NCBI GenBank assembly: GCA_965222375.1
Contig: CBDCTZ010000016.1
Coordinates: 2,464,001-2,528,000 of the forward strand
DNA: 64,000 bases
Direction: 5' to 3'
Origin: Polyangiaceae bacterium
GTDB taxonomy: Bacteria > Myxococcota_A > Polyangia > Polyangiales > Polyangiaceae
Of this stretch, positions 47,147-57,365 are shown one piece after another. The position numbers were made by a program, and so were the translations under genes. Positions within the stretch are counted from its first letter, which is position 1. Each line of letters starts with the position of its first letter. The notes under the pieces are model-generated. The model was given only the letters and a program-made list of their open reading frames with translations. It did no database searches and was not told the DNA's origin.

Positions 47147-48826
47147 CTACTTCATCATTTCTTCGAGGAGGTCGTCGTCGGTGCCGTCTTTGGACTTTTT
47201 CTTGGGCTCCTCGTCGTCGTCGGAGTCCGCGCCGCCCTCGCCCGTCGAGTCGTCGTCAGTGTCGTCGGTGTCCTCGTCCTTGTCGGAGCCGGCGCCGCCT
47301 TCGCCCATCATCGAGTCGAGCAAGTCGTCATCGGCGTCGTCATCATCATCGTCATCGTCGTCGTCGGCGTCAGGATCTGCCTCGTCGGGATCCGGCTGGG
47401 CGCCGATTTCCTTGCCCGCTCCCCACTTGGCTTTGTCCTCGTCGGTGCAGGGCAGGGGATTGTTGCGGTCCTCTTGGACGCATTCCATCAGCCACGCGTC
47501 TCGGGGCGGTTCTCCGTGCTTCTCGGCCTTGGCGCGGGCCTTGGCGATGTCGCCTTCGACCGCGATGGTCGACAGCTTGGGCATCGTCATCAGCATGACC
47601 AAGCCCACGATCAGGATCAGGATGAATGGGATGGCGATGCGGTAGAGCTTCACCATGGGCCGGTTGAATCTGAAGCTCGTGACGAAGAGGTTCTGGCCCA
47701 AGGGCGGGGACAGGTAGGCGATCTCGAGGTTCAACAGGAACATCATCGCCAAGTGGAAGGGCGACAGGCCGAACTCCGCTGCGAAGGGGATCAACAGCGG
47801 CACCGCTACCAGGATGGCGCTGAAGCCGTCCATCACCATGCCCTGGATGTACAAGAAGATGTTCAGGGTGATCAGGAACTGCCAGCGCTCCTTCACGCCC
47901 ATGCTGGTGACCCAGTTGAAGATCTTCTCGGGGATCTGTTCGCTGATGATGTAGTTCGTCAGCGCCATGGCCATTGCCATGATCAAGACGACGGCACCCG
48001 CGAGCGCGATGGCGCTGCGCGCGATGCGCGGGAAGTCTTTCCACTTGAGATCCTTGTAGATGTAGATCTCGATCAGCAGCACGTACAGCGCGGCAAAAGC
48101 GGCACTCTCGTCGATTTCCGTGAGGCCCGTGGCGAGCCCGCCGAGGATCAGGACGGGAATGCCGAGCTCCCACTTCATGTACCAGAGGCTCGAGCCCATC
48201 TCCGACAGGTTCGGCTTGCTGCGCGGGATCTTCGTCTTGATGCCAACGTAGGCGGCGTGGATGCCCAGCAGCCCGATCACCAGCATGCCGGGGATGATCC
48301 CCGCCTTGAAAGCCTTGGTGTAGTCGATGCCCGCCACCAGGGAGTAGACCAAGATCGGAAGCGATGGCGGCAGCAGCAGACCCAGGGAGCCGCCGGTCAT
48401 CACGAGGCCGAGAGAGTAGCCTTCGGGGTAGCCGCGCTTACGCAGGGCGGGATACAGCAGCGCGCCAATGGCGACGATGGTGACGGCACTTCCGCCGGTC
48501 AGCGTCGTGAAGAACGCGCTAGCGAAGATGCACACGATGGCCAAGCCACCGGGCATCCAACCGAAGAACGCGTTGGAAGCCCGCACGATGCGTTCCGGCG
48601 TGTTCGATTCGGCCATGCAATAGCCGATGAACGTGAACAGCGGCACCGTGACCAGAATGGGCGAGCCAGCGAAGCGCTCGTCGAGGACGTCCGGCGCCAG
48701 GAAGCGCACGTGGTGCATGGACTCGTCCGGATGGAGCAACCACGCAAGCTCCGTGGTGCCCGCCATCACGGCGAAGACCGGCGCGCCGATCAGGGCGAAG
48801 ATCACGACGAAGAGGAAGATGATCAT
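47147..48826 (-). CDS. dctM: TRAP transporter large permease with an acidic tail
   Basis: LVTVPLF, GSLGLLLPPS, LSPPLGQNLFV. Confidence 0.9.
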   Translation of the reverse strand: MIIFLFVVIFALIGAPVFAVMAGTTELAWLLHPDESMHHVRFLAPDVLDERFAGSPILVTVPLFTFIGYCMAESNTPERIVRASNAFFGWMPGGLAIVCIFASAFFTTLTGGSAVTIVAIGALLYPALRKRGYPEGYSLGLVMTGGSLGLLLPPSLPILVYSLVAGIDYTKAFKAGIIPGMLVIGLLGIHAAYVGIKTKIPRSKPNLSEMGSSLWYMKWELGIPVLILGGLATGLTEIDESAAFAALYVLLIEIYIYKDLKWKDFPRIARSAIALAGAVVLIMAMAMALTNYIISEQIPEKIFNWVTSMGVKERWQFLITLNIFLYIQGMVMDGFSAILVAVPLLIPFAAEFGLSPFHLAMMFLLNLEIAYLSPPLGQNLFVTSFRFNRPMVKLYRIAIPFILILIVGLVMLMTMPKLSTIAVEGDIAKARAKAEKHGEPPRDAWLMECVQEDRNNPLPCTDEDKAKWGAGKEIGAQPDPDEADPDADDDDDDDDDDADDDLLDSMMGEGGAGSDKDEDTDDTDDDSTGEGGADSDDDEEPKKKSKDGTDDDLLEEMMK

Positions 48827-50481
48827 GACTTCTTCTCCTCCTCGTCATCGTCGGTGTCCCAGCCGTCCTCGTCAGGTTCGTCGTCGTCCTTTGAGGCCTG
48901 TTTTGCTGGGGCGTCCTTGGCGTCGTCGGGCTTTTCGTCTTTTCCTTCGTCTTTGTCGTCGTCCTTGGACGCCTGCTTTTCAGCGCCGTCGTCGGAATCA
49001 TCGTCTTTCGGGGGGTCGGACTTGGCGGCTTGTTTGGACGCGCCTTCGTCCTTGTCGTCGTCCGACTTCGACTCTGGCTTGTCGTCCTTGTCGTCGTCGC
49101 TTTCGTCGCTGGACTTGGACGCCTGGGCGCTGGGCTCTTGGTCGCCGTCTTCCTTTTCGTCCTCGTCCTCGTCTTCCTTTTCTTCCTTTTCTTCTTCTTC
49201 TTCCTTCTCGTCCTCGTCTTCATCCGAGTCGGGTGGTTTGTCGTCGGACGCCTTGTCAGGCTTCTTGTCGTCGCTGTCGTCTCCCTCCGCGTCGACGGCG
49301 GCGCCTCCGGGCTCGGATCCGGGTTCCGGCAGGTCATCGGCGTCGTGGGTCTTCGAAACGTCGGCGCCATCGGTTCCTGTATCCGGATCCACACTTCGAT
49401 GCCCGCCTAGCGCCAGCAGGGACAACAAGATGAAGCGGATCGCGATGATGAACAGGCCGATGGGGAACACCAGGTTCGCGCCTTTGTTCAGTTCGCCTCG
49501 GGGTTCACCTCGATCGGGAACCACCACGATGGGTGACCGTTTGTCGTCACCCTCCAACTTGAGATCGTCGATCTTTTCCCTGCCGTAGCGCTCCACGAAG
49601 CCCGATGTCTCGAGGAACTCGTTCCATTCCTGGCCGCCCAGCCATTCCGAGTAGCGTTCGCCCTTGAGCACCTTGGGCAGCGTCTTCATGTCGAGGGCCA
49701 TCTGCTTTCGGGCGATAAAAGAGTCTTCGCCCAGGCCTTTCCAGACCTTGGAGACCTTCGCCGACGCGCTCACATCGGCCTCGGCTCCGAAGTTTTCGAT
49801 GGCGATGTGATCGAAGAAGCCCCAGCCGGCGCCGGCACAAATGACCGCGGAACCCAGCCAGCCAACGATGACCAGGGGCATCCGCACTTTGGGCTTCACG
49901 AAGCGGGTCACCAGATCGATGGTGATGTGCTTGCCACTCGCGGTGGCAAGGGAGCCGCCAATGAGCGCCAAGAGCAGAGTGAGCCTGGTGCCGACGCCCC
50001 GCAGGCCGCCGAATAGCGTCAGCGTGGAGGCCTGTTGGTACCAGTTGAGCAAGTTGCTCGACCAAGTGACGCCGACGTTCTGCCAATAGCTGGCCGCGAT
50101 GACTCCCAACACGACGCCGCTGATGGACGCCACCCGTTGAGCGGGCTTGCCCTTCTTGCGCACTGCGAAGAAGCCGATCAACCCGAGGACCGCGGACCCC
50201 GTGAGAACTCGGAACACGTAGCCGGCACTTCCCGCGTCCGGCGGCGTGGATAGTCCCTTCAGCCCCACCCAGAGCGAGAGCACCAGCACTTCCAGCAGGA
50301 GCACCGAGGCGCAGAGAAAGCCCTCCCACTTGGTCCAAGCATCATCCAGACGGACTAGCGGGCGGCACCATGCCGCTGCTTTCACCGGTCCTGGCTCAGG
50401 GTTCGATTTTGGCGGTTGGGAGGCGGAGCTGGCCGAATCGCCGCTCTCTTCCCCTCCCTCGTCCCTCTCCTCTTCAGCCAT
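48823..50481 (-). CDS. dctQ: TRAP small permease-like protein with an insertion and a long acidic tail
   Basis: GGSLATASGKHITIDLV; position in the operon. Confidence 0.75.
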   Translation of the reverse strand: MAEEERDEGGEESGDSASSASQPPKSNPEPGPVKAAAWCRPLVRLDDAWTKWEGFLCASVLLLEVLVLSLWVGLKGLSTPPDAGSAGYVFRVLTGSAVLGLIGFFAVRKKGKPAQRVASISGVVLGVIAASYWQNVGVTWSSNLLNWYQQASTLTLFGGLRGVGTRLTLLLALIGGSLATASGKHITIDLVTRFVKPKVRMPLVIVGWLGSAVICAGAGWGFFDHIAIENFGAEADVSASAKVSKVWKGLGEDSFIARKQMALDMKTLPKVLKGERYSEWLGGQEWNEFLETSGFVERYGREKIDDLKLEGDDKRSPIVVVPDRGEPRGELNKGANLVFPIGLFIIAIRFILLSLLALGGHRSVDPDTGTDGADVSKTHDADDLPEPGSEPGGAAVDAEGDDSDDKKPDKASDDKPPDSDEDEDEKEEEEEKEEKEDEDEDEKEDGDQEPSAQASKSSDESDDDKDDKPESKSDDDKDEGASKQAAKSDPPKDDDSDDGAEKQASKDDDKDEGKDEKPDDAKDAPAKQASKDDDEPDEDGWDTDDDEEEKKS

Positions 50482-50631
50482 CGCCCGCACGTTATCGCGA
50501 GTTGGCCGAAACGGGCTGGGATTTCTGCGGGATCCGGATATCTCGGGACATCGCCCCGGCGAGCCGCGTCACAAAAGAAAACGGGCCAAGCCCAAGGCCT
50601 GGCCCGCAATCGGGTCATGGGTCGCTCGCTC

Positions 50632-51618
50632 TCAGCAGGCGCCGACTTTCTTCAGGGCACCCGCCGGAATCGCGCCTTTTAGGCGCTTGCAGGCTTTCTT
50701 GAACACTTTCTTCCATTCCTTCTTCTCGGCACCGGTGGGCTTGTGCGTCTTCATCTTCTTCTTGAGGCGCTTGAAGGCCTTCTTGTCTGCCCGGCGAATG
50801 CGTTTGGTGAGCGCCTTGGCAGCCTGGGCACCCGTATCCGTGACCACCTCGCGCTGGTCCGCAGACAGCTTGTCCAAGGACTTCTGGCTCATGATGACCG
50901 CGCCGATACCGAAGTAGGTCGGGTGGGTGTTGATGTGGTCCAAGCGGGACGCCCACTGCAGCAGCTCGGCTGCCAGGGCCGGAGTGTTCATCACGTTGAT
51001 GGCGCCAGAATTGAGCTTCGGCAGGAAGCCCGTGATGCTCGACGGCACCGGCGTTATCCCGCCAATGGACTCGTAGACTTTCGGGGCAATGACGTCCTTG
51101 GCGATGGCGCCGGGGCGCTTGCCTCTCAGGTCACTCGGGACTCTCACGGGAAATCCCTTCGAAAAGACGTATCCGACGCCGACGTCACCGAAGCCACCCA
51201 AGTGAAAGCCCTCTTTCTTGAGCGCCTTCTTGAGCTCCGGGGTCAGCTTGTCGCGTGCCTTGTCGAGCTGCCTCCAGCTCTTGAAGGCGCCGGGGATCTG
51301 CAGCGCGAGGAAGCGCTTGTCGATGGAGGCGAGACCGACTGCCGTCACGGCAGCGCCACTGAGCTGGTTGGCGCGAACTTTCCCAACCACCCCGCTCTCG
51401 GGGCCAGCGGTGCCGTTCCAGAGCCAGGTGACCTTGACCTTGCCCTTGGTCTTCTTCTTGACCGCCTTGGACCAGGTTCGGAACACCTTCCCCCAAGGGC
51501 TTCGCTTGGGGGCCTGGGTGGCCATCTTCAGCTCACTCTTCTTGGCGTGGGCAACCTCGCCCATGCCCATAAGTACGAAAGCGGCAGCGACGCATGCCGC
51601 CATCAACCTTGAAAACAT
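50632..51618 (-). CDS. dctP: TRAP substrate-binding protein
   Basis: LKMATQAPKRSPW, PSDLRGK. Confidence 0.88.
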   Translation of the reverse strand: MFSRLMAACVAAAFVLMGMGEVAHAKKSELKMATQAPKRSPWGKVFRTWSKAVKKKTKGKVKVTWLWNGTAGPESGVVGKVRANQLSGAAVTAVGLASIDKRFLALQIPGAFKSWRQLDKARDKLTPELKKALKKEGFHLGGFGDVGVGYVFSKGFPVRVPSDLRGKRPGAIAKDVIAPKVYESIGGITPVPSSITGFLPKLNSGAINVMNTPALAAELLQWASRLDHINTHPTYFGIGAVIMSQKSLDKLSADQREVVTDTGAQAAKALTKRIRRADKKAFKRLKKKMKTHKPTGAEKKEWKKVFKKACKRLKGAIPAGALKKVGAC

Positions 51619-51784
51619 TCTGTCTTTCCTCCTCGACGAAACCCGGAAATCCACGGGCAGACGCCGCCCGGCATCAGTGAGACGGGCCGCTGCCCCGAAG
51701 CGTTCAATCCTTTACGCGAAAAACATCCCCCGCGCCCCCTGAAAGCGCGTTCAGACCCGGAAGATCTGCCCCTCCTCAGGCGAC

Positions 51785-52717
51785 TTAGAGCTGGAAACCG
51801 CACTCCTCCTGCCAGATCGGGTTGCCCAGATAGCGCCGCGCTCTGCGCTTGGCGATCACGTTGGGCAAGCGCGCCTCCGGCAGGGTGTCTCCAGCCGCCA
51901 AGATCTCGTTCAAGGTCCGGACATAGGCGGCTTTGTCGCCTTTGAAGCAGTAGTAGCGCTGCGCCAGGTTCAGCTTGGTCGCTAGGTATTTGCCGCCGTT
52001 GATGGCCAAAGCCTTGTCGAACATCTTCTTGGACTCGTCCAGCTCCGCCATGGCGGAGCGGGCATGGTACGCGCCCAGAATGGTGTAGCCCGTTCCGTAT
52101 ACGAGCTTGTCGTTCAACTCGACGCTGCGCTTGACCATCTCCACGCCCACGTGGAGCTCACCAATGATCTCCGGAACATCCTTGGAGACCCCGACGTGGC
52201 CGACCCAGGCATAGCCCGCCCACAGCAAGTCCTCCGCTTGCTCCTCGTCGTCGAAATTCTCGACTAGCCACTTCCGAATCGTTTCATGATTGCGCCGCGC
52301 CGCCTGGAACCCTTCGGCGTGGTGGCCAAGCAGCTCGATGCCGTAGTAGCGCGCTCGCAGGAAGCCCGCCCGTGCGCGGAGGATGTGGTACTCCGCCATC
52401 ACTTCGTCTTCTTTTTCGTAGGCGACTTCATAGTCGTCCTCGGTGAAGCCGAAGGACAGGCCCGCCCAGCCGCGCGTCAGCATGAACAAGGCGTCCGTGT
52501 TGTCCGGCGCCAGCTTGTGCATGCCTTCGAGCTGCGCCATGCCCGCCATGGCCGCACCGCGCGCGACTTCGTAGTCGTGCAAGGTATTGACCGCCGCAGA
52601 ACCCTGACGCGTGCCCTTGATCTGTCCGTTCAGGAGTACCTTCTTCAGGCAACCCGACACACCGGTTGTCAGCCCTACCAAAAGCAGCGCCGCGCAAATC
52701 CCTCTCCACCACTTCAT
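51785..52717 (-). CDS. TRAP-associated TatT-like lipoprotein
   Basis: VSGC lipobox; TPR-like helices; NVIAKRRAR; upstream of dctP. Confidence 0.75.
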   Translation of the reverse strand: MKWWRGICAALLLVGLTTGVSGCLKKVLLNGQIKGTRQGSAAVNTLHDYEVARGAAMAGMAQLEGMHKLAPDNTDALFMLTRGWAGLSFGFTEDDYEVAYEKEDEVMAEYHILRARAGFLRARYYGIELLGHHAEGFQAARRNHETIRKWLVENFDDEEQAEDLLWAGYAWVGHVGVSKDVPEIIGELHVGVEMVKRSVELNDKLVYGTGYTILGAYHARSAMAELDESKKMFDKALAINGGKYLATKLNLAQRYYCFKGDKAAYVRTLNEILAAGDTLPEARLPNVIAKRRARRYLGNPIWQEECGFQL

Positions 52718-52773
52718 GGTGCGCGGAATAGCCGTAAACCGCCGGAAATTCAACGCTAGTCCGTCGGCCCCGC

Positions 52774-54048
52774 TCAGCGGCCGAGAATCACGCAGGCGAC
52801 TCGCATCCGAACCCAAGGGTCGTCGTCCGCCAGTGCCGTGGCGGCCCGACTGGCATCACCCAGAGACAGCAGCCCTTCCGCCGCAACCAGGCGCGACCGA
52901 GCCCGTTTTGCGGACAATAGGGGGGTCAAGCGGGGCGCCACGCTCTTTTCTCCTGCTGCCGCCAGGGCCGCACGAGCCTGCAGCCCGATGTCGTCATTCG
53001 CCGCCGCCAGCTTGCCGAGTTTGCGGATCGCGCTGGCGCGGCTGTCCTGAAAGCCTGCCAGGCGGGCCCAGGCCATCACCTGGACGTCCTTGTCTTCGTC
53101 CTTGGCGGCGTCGTCGACGGCCTTACGAGCGTCTGGATCTGCAAGCGGCACCATTCGAATCGCCATGCGCCGCTCGGCCTGCGTGCCTTTGCTCACCGCT
53201 CGCGTCAGCACGGCCTCTCCGACTTTGGCCTCGGCGCCGCCGGCGCGAGTCAACGCTGCGGCGGCCGACAGAGCCGCAATGCCACGCTCCGTCTCAGCGA
53301 TGCGCAAGAGCTTGCCTCGCCCACCCACGTTCAACGCTGCGGGCATGGACCAGGCTGATGTCAGCGTGACGCGGGTGACTTCGTCGGCCTTCGCCCACAG
53401 GTCATCCAGGCGATTGACGATGTCCTGCCCTCCGACCGCACCCACGGCGCGGATCGCGATGCTGCGGCTGAGCGGATCTGGATCGACCCGGGCAGCTTCG
53501 AAGAGCGCCTCTGTGTCGTCAGATAGCGGCGCTGCCACCGCGGCCTGCAAGGCGGCTCGGCGCACGCGCTCGTCCGGATCCTGCATCAGCTCTCGCCGCA
53601 CCATGCCATCTGCGGCGCGGGTTGCGGCGCGGGCGGCAACGGCTCGCCAGGAGCCCGCGGCGTTGTCTCGATACTTCGCGACCAGCCTCTTGCCGTCGCG
53701 CTTGCCCAGTTCATATAGAATGAGCGTGGCTTCGGCCGCCGGATCATCGCCCCGCTTGGCTCTATCCTCGAGCACCCGGGTCAGAGACGACGCACAGGTG
53801 CGAAGGGAGCGAAATGCTTTCGTTGCGTCGGGCCCTTTCGCGGAGTGAATTTCCCGTTCGGCAACGGCGTGGGCCAGGTCGCGCACGGCGGCCTCGTCGA
53901 GCTTGCCGGAGGCTTGAGCCGACTTGACCTCGCGCTTGAGGCTCGCCAAATCCCCAGAAAGCGCTGTCCGAACGACGGAACTTCCCCCGCACGCGCAAAC
54001 GAGGCACAAGGCCGAAAGCAGGGCTGCAGCCCGACGCATCGTGGGCAC
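52774..54048 (-). CDS. HEAT-repeat lipoprotein
   Basis: VCAC lipobox; DPDERVRRAA and DDDPWVR repeats. Confidence 0.75.
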   Translation of the reverse strand: MPTMRRAAALLSALCLVCACGGSSVVRTALSGDLASLKREVKSAQASGKLDEAAVRDLAHAVAEREIHSAKGPDATKAFRSLRTCASSLTRVLEDRAKRGDDPAAEATLILYELGKRDGKRLVAKYRDNAAGSWRAVAARAATRAADGMVRRELMQDPDERVRRAALQAAVAAPLSDDTEALFEAARVDPDPLSRSIAIRAVGAVGGQDIVNRLDDLWAKADEVTRVTLTSAWSMPAALNVGGRGKLLRIAETERGIAALSAAAALTRAGGAEAKVGEAVLTRAVSKGTQAERRMAIRMVPLADPDARKAVDDAAKDEDKDVQVMAWARLAGFQDSRASAIRKLGKLAAANDDIGLQARAALAAAGEKSVAPRLTPLLSAKRARSRLVAAEGLLSLGDASRAATALADDDPWVRMRVACVILGR

Positions 54049-54060
54049 GGTGATAGCACA

Positions 54061-55125
54061 GTGAAGACCGCCCTAGTCGTCAATCCACAAGCACGCGCCT
54101 TTCGGCGACGGGAAAAGCTGATTTCCGCCGTCCGCCGTTGCGCTCGGGGAGGCGCACGCGTCTGGGTCACGGACGATGACTGCGCGCTTACGACCGCCGC
54201 CCGGGAGATCATCGAGTGGGGCGCGGACCGCGTCGTACTGTGCGGTGGCGACGGAACCCTGATGGCCGGCGTGAGCGCGCTGCGGCACGTCGACGAACAC
54301 GTGGAGCTGCCGGAGATCGTGGTTGCGCCGGCTGGCACCGTGGCCACGGTGGCGCGGAACTGGGGACAGCGCGCAGACGTGCTGGACACCGTTGTCAGAG
54401 CGACCGCCGGGGAGCGGCCCCGAGTCCGCCTGGTCTCGCCCACGCTGCAGGTCACGTGGAAGTACAACGGAAGCCGTACGGATTTTTCAACATCTGGGGT
54501 GTCGGAGGAGCGCGATGGCTCGCGGACGCTCGAGGTGGCGGAGACGCCGAGGAAACGGCGCGAAGGCTCTCCGACTCTTGGGGTGTCCGAAAGGAGCAGC
54601 GAGAGGCGCGTTGGTTTCATTCTCGGGACGGGATTGGTCGCGCATTTCTTCGAGAAGTACTACGCCCGCGGCGGCGGGGGTTACGCCCGCGCGGCCAGCA
54701 TCGTGGCACGTACCTTCACCGGTTCGTTCCTGGGAGACGCTTACTCCCGTTCCGTGTTGGACCCGTTGCCCTGCCGCCTAACCGTAGACGGCAGCGAACT
54801 AGCGCCCACCGCGTTCAGCTTGGTGGTGACGAGCGTGGTGCGAAACCTCGGCCTCGGTATGCGAGTCACACACCGCGCGGCAGAAGATCCCGAACGCCCG
54901 CACTTGGTCGCCTCGCCTTTGTCGGCGCGAAAGCTAGGCCCCCAAGCGCCGCGGGTCCTGCTCGCCCGAGCCCTGAAGGGCGCTGACAACTTTGACGGAT
55001 TGTACACAGAGCTCCGAATCGAGTTCCCGGAGGCGCGGGGACCCTGGGTCCTAGATGGCGACGTGTTCTTCTCGAACACGGTGCAGGTGAGTGCGGGTCC
55101 GTGCGTGCGCGTTGCGGCGTACTAG
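54061..55125 (+). CDS. Diacylglycerol kinase family protein
   Basis: VVNP, GGDGT, PAGT and LDGD motifs. Confidence 0.85.
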   Translation: MKTALVVNPQARAFRRREKLISAVRRCARGGARVWVTDDDCALTTAAREIIEWGADRVVLCGGDGTLMAGVSALRHVDEHVELPEIVVAPAGTVATVARNWGQRADVLDTVVRATAGERPRVRLVSPTLQVTWKYNGSRTDFSTSGVSEERDGSRTLEVAETPRKRREGSPTLGVSERSSERRVGFILGTGLVAHFFEKYYARGGGGYARAASIVARTFTGSFLGDAYSRSVLDPLPCRLTVDGSELAPTAFSLVVTSVVRNLGLGMRVTHRAAEDPERPHLVASPLSARKLGPQAPRVLLARALKGADNFDGLYTELRIEFPEARGPWVLDGDVFFSNTVQVSAGPCVRVAAY

Positions 55126-55349
55126 ATCGGCGTGTTGCGTCGCGACGTACTAGATCGACGTTTTGCGCCGCGACGAGGTGTGGAACAGAGTCGGTGTGCC
55201 CCGAGTTGGCCGAGTTCCGGTGCGAATCGGAGGCCGCGACGGACACGAGTAGCCGCGAGGCGCGGTTTGGCTGCCTCGTGTAGGACACGCACGACTGCAA
55301 CGGGCCAACCCGTCGGAGGGCGAGGGGCTGATAGGCAGGTGCGGTTATG

Positions 55350-55627
55350 TGCCTTGCGCGAACCAGAAAAGTCCCAGGGCGGGAGGGCATATTGTTCGGC
55401 ACATTGGGCACGCCAGTTGCGCGAATTTTGTACGGAGCCCTCCCATCGGGCGGGTACACATTGGTCGGGCGACCGCGATGCTGAGTTGCGGAAAACGCGC
55501 CGGCGAATGATGTCTTGCCGACTGATAGGGGCTGCGGTGCGGGCGGGCCTTGGGGGGCCCGCCACATCCGCACCTCCGCCGGGACGCCGGCGCCTCGCGT
55601 GCCAGTGAAAGAGCGCAGAGCGCGCGC
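55350..55627 (-). repeat. Left arm of a ~280-bp imperfect inverted repeat flanking the HNH gene
   Basis: Reverse complement aligns by eye with 57366-57647; 31-bp identical block at 55464-55494. Confidence 0.88.
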
Positions 55628-55714
55628 GGCGCTCGGGCCAGGTGGGTGCAGTGATTGTTGCGCCCCGCGCGCGAGTCAACGTGTTGTGTACGTTGCTGCG
55701 CGTCAGTCCTCTGC

Positions 55715-57139
55715 CTACGGCGCGATAGTTTCTTGCGCAGGAGCGCGGTGCGGTTGAGCGTGAGCCCTTGGCTCAGCTGGTTTCTCCGTGGCGCCAGAGT
55801 GCGGTGAGACTTGTTTGACGGGATACAGCAACGCGACGGCCTGTCGCAGCAATGCCTCGACCTCGGGCTCAGTCCTGCGCTCTCGGAGCGTGTCCAGCGC
55901 GGAGTTGACCTGCTTGCGTTTGAATCCGAGGCCAACCAGTACTTTGCCCGCTTTCGAATAGGCTTCGCGCTCTCGCTGCTTGCGCCGGATGTGCTCCTCC
56001 CCGAACTCGCGCCTGGCCGCGTCTTGGTTGTGAGGTCCGCAGAGCAGGCAGAGGTTATGGACACTGGGAGGGCCACCGCGAGCGTGTGGGTCTACGTGTT
56101 CTATGGTCACATAGCGTTTCTCACTGCAGCGCCGTCCGTGCGCGTCGACAAAGGTGCATTGGGACTCGTCGCGCTCCCACACCTCTCGAGCCACCGAGAC
56201 GGGTACGTGTCGTGAGTCTTCTTTGAGCGACCGGAGCTTGCGGGGCTTGTCGCTCACCACGCCCTGTCGGCGCTTGGTCTCCTTCGCGATGAGCTCGTCC
56301 AACGCACGCTCGAACAGCTCCCCCAGGTTCCCCGGCGCCACCGCGTGGCTGAGCAGATTCTGGGCGTGTTCGAGTTTCGCGTGAAGCTCCGCGCTGGCTG
56401 TGAACTCGACTCGGTAGCTCTGCGCGGAGAGCGGCTGCACTCGAGCCTGCGCCCCATGCTTACCTCGTCCGTGAGATTCACTCGTCTCAGGATAGGTAGC
56501 GTCGCTCGCGGTTCCGGCGCCGTCGAGGCAATCCCTTGTCCCGGGATAGGTAAGTCCGTCAGTGGCTTCGACCGGACGCTTGGTGGGGTCGGCGTCGAGG
56601 CAACCGCTTGTCCCAGGATAGGTAAGTCCGTCGGCCGCGCCAGCGGGAACTTCCTTCTTCGCGGGGTTAGCGGCGACTGCACCTATCCCAGGACGAGTTG
56701 ATTCCGCGCCGAGGGGCGTGATGCTGGCCAGGACATCAGGCTTGGGGAACCATCGTGCAAGCACGAGTTCGAGCTCACGGCGGGTCTTGCCGCGAGCCTC
56801 GGCCAGCAGCGACTCCACGTTGTTTTTGGTTAGATGACCCGAGAGCAGGAAAAGCCCGGTCAGGTGAATTGCCCCGCTCTTCAGCTCGTTGAGGATCTGC
56901 GGCAACTCCAGGTACAGGCGAGCCACGCGCATTCGCTTCAGGGCAGCTTGTTCCGAGTAGCCAAGCCGCTCGACGCAGAACGAAAACAGCGAGGAACAGG
57001 CTTCCTGGAGGTAGAGTTTTCGACGCTCGACCTCTGCCAAATAGACGATGACCTCAGCGGTCGCTCGTCGCTCTTCGGAGCAGAGCACCGGCAGCCGCGC
57101 GAGGAGTTGTTCGTTGCTGAGAGAGTCGAGAGTGTCCAT
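55715..57139 (-). CDS. HNH endonuclease with a DUF222-like N-terminus and RuvA-C-like tail
   Basis: RDESQCTF...RC...EHVDPHARGG...NLCLLCGPHN; LVGLGFK; TYPGT repeats in the linker. Confidence 0.85.
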   Translation of the reverse strand: MDTLDSLSNEQLLARLPVLCSEERRATAEVIVYLAEVERRKLYLQEACSSLFSFCVERLGYSEQAALKRMRVARLYLELPQILNELKSGAIHLTGLFLLSGHLTKNNVESLLAEARGKTRRELELVLARWFPKPDVLASITPLGAESTRPGIGAVAANPAKKEVPAGAADGLTYPGTSGCLDADPTKRPVEATDGLTYPGTRDCLDGAGTASDATYPETSESHGRGKHGAQARVQPLSAQSYRVEFTASAELHAKLEHAQNLLSHAVAPGNLGELFERALDELIAKETKRRQGVVSDKPRKLRSLKEDSRHVPVSVAREVWERDESQCTFVDAHGRRCSEKRYVTIEHVDPHARGGPPSVHNLCLLCGPHNQDAARREFGEEHIRRKQREREAYSKAGKVLVGLGFKRKQVNSALDTLRERRTEPEVEALLRQAVALLYPVKQVSPHSGATEKPAEPRAHAQPHRAPAQETIAP

Positions 57140-57365
57140 GTTTCTTTCGTAACACGGGGATATTTTCCTTCACTGCTTGCCCGCAGTTGGCGTTTCGGCG
57201 ATGCGGCTACCGGCGAAGTCGTTTCGAAGTCGAAGCGCCCTTGGGCTTCAATCTCGCGCGCGCACCGCGCACTTGAATCGCTGGTCTCGAAACTCGAAAC
57301 GACGCCGCCCAGAGACCCGTCAAGCACAAAGTGCGTCACAAGGTCAGAAACTCCTGGTCAGTGGT

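Noticed and set aside
47072..49588. 838-aa + strand ORF (likewise 38004-39962, 8015-9532, 43596-45284)
   Set aside because: Shadow ORFs of well-supported genes, common in high-GC DNA.
55715..57139. IscB or Cas9-like nuclease
   Set aside because: No PLMP or split RuvC motifs recognised; only an HNH domain.
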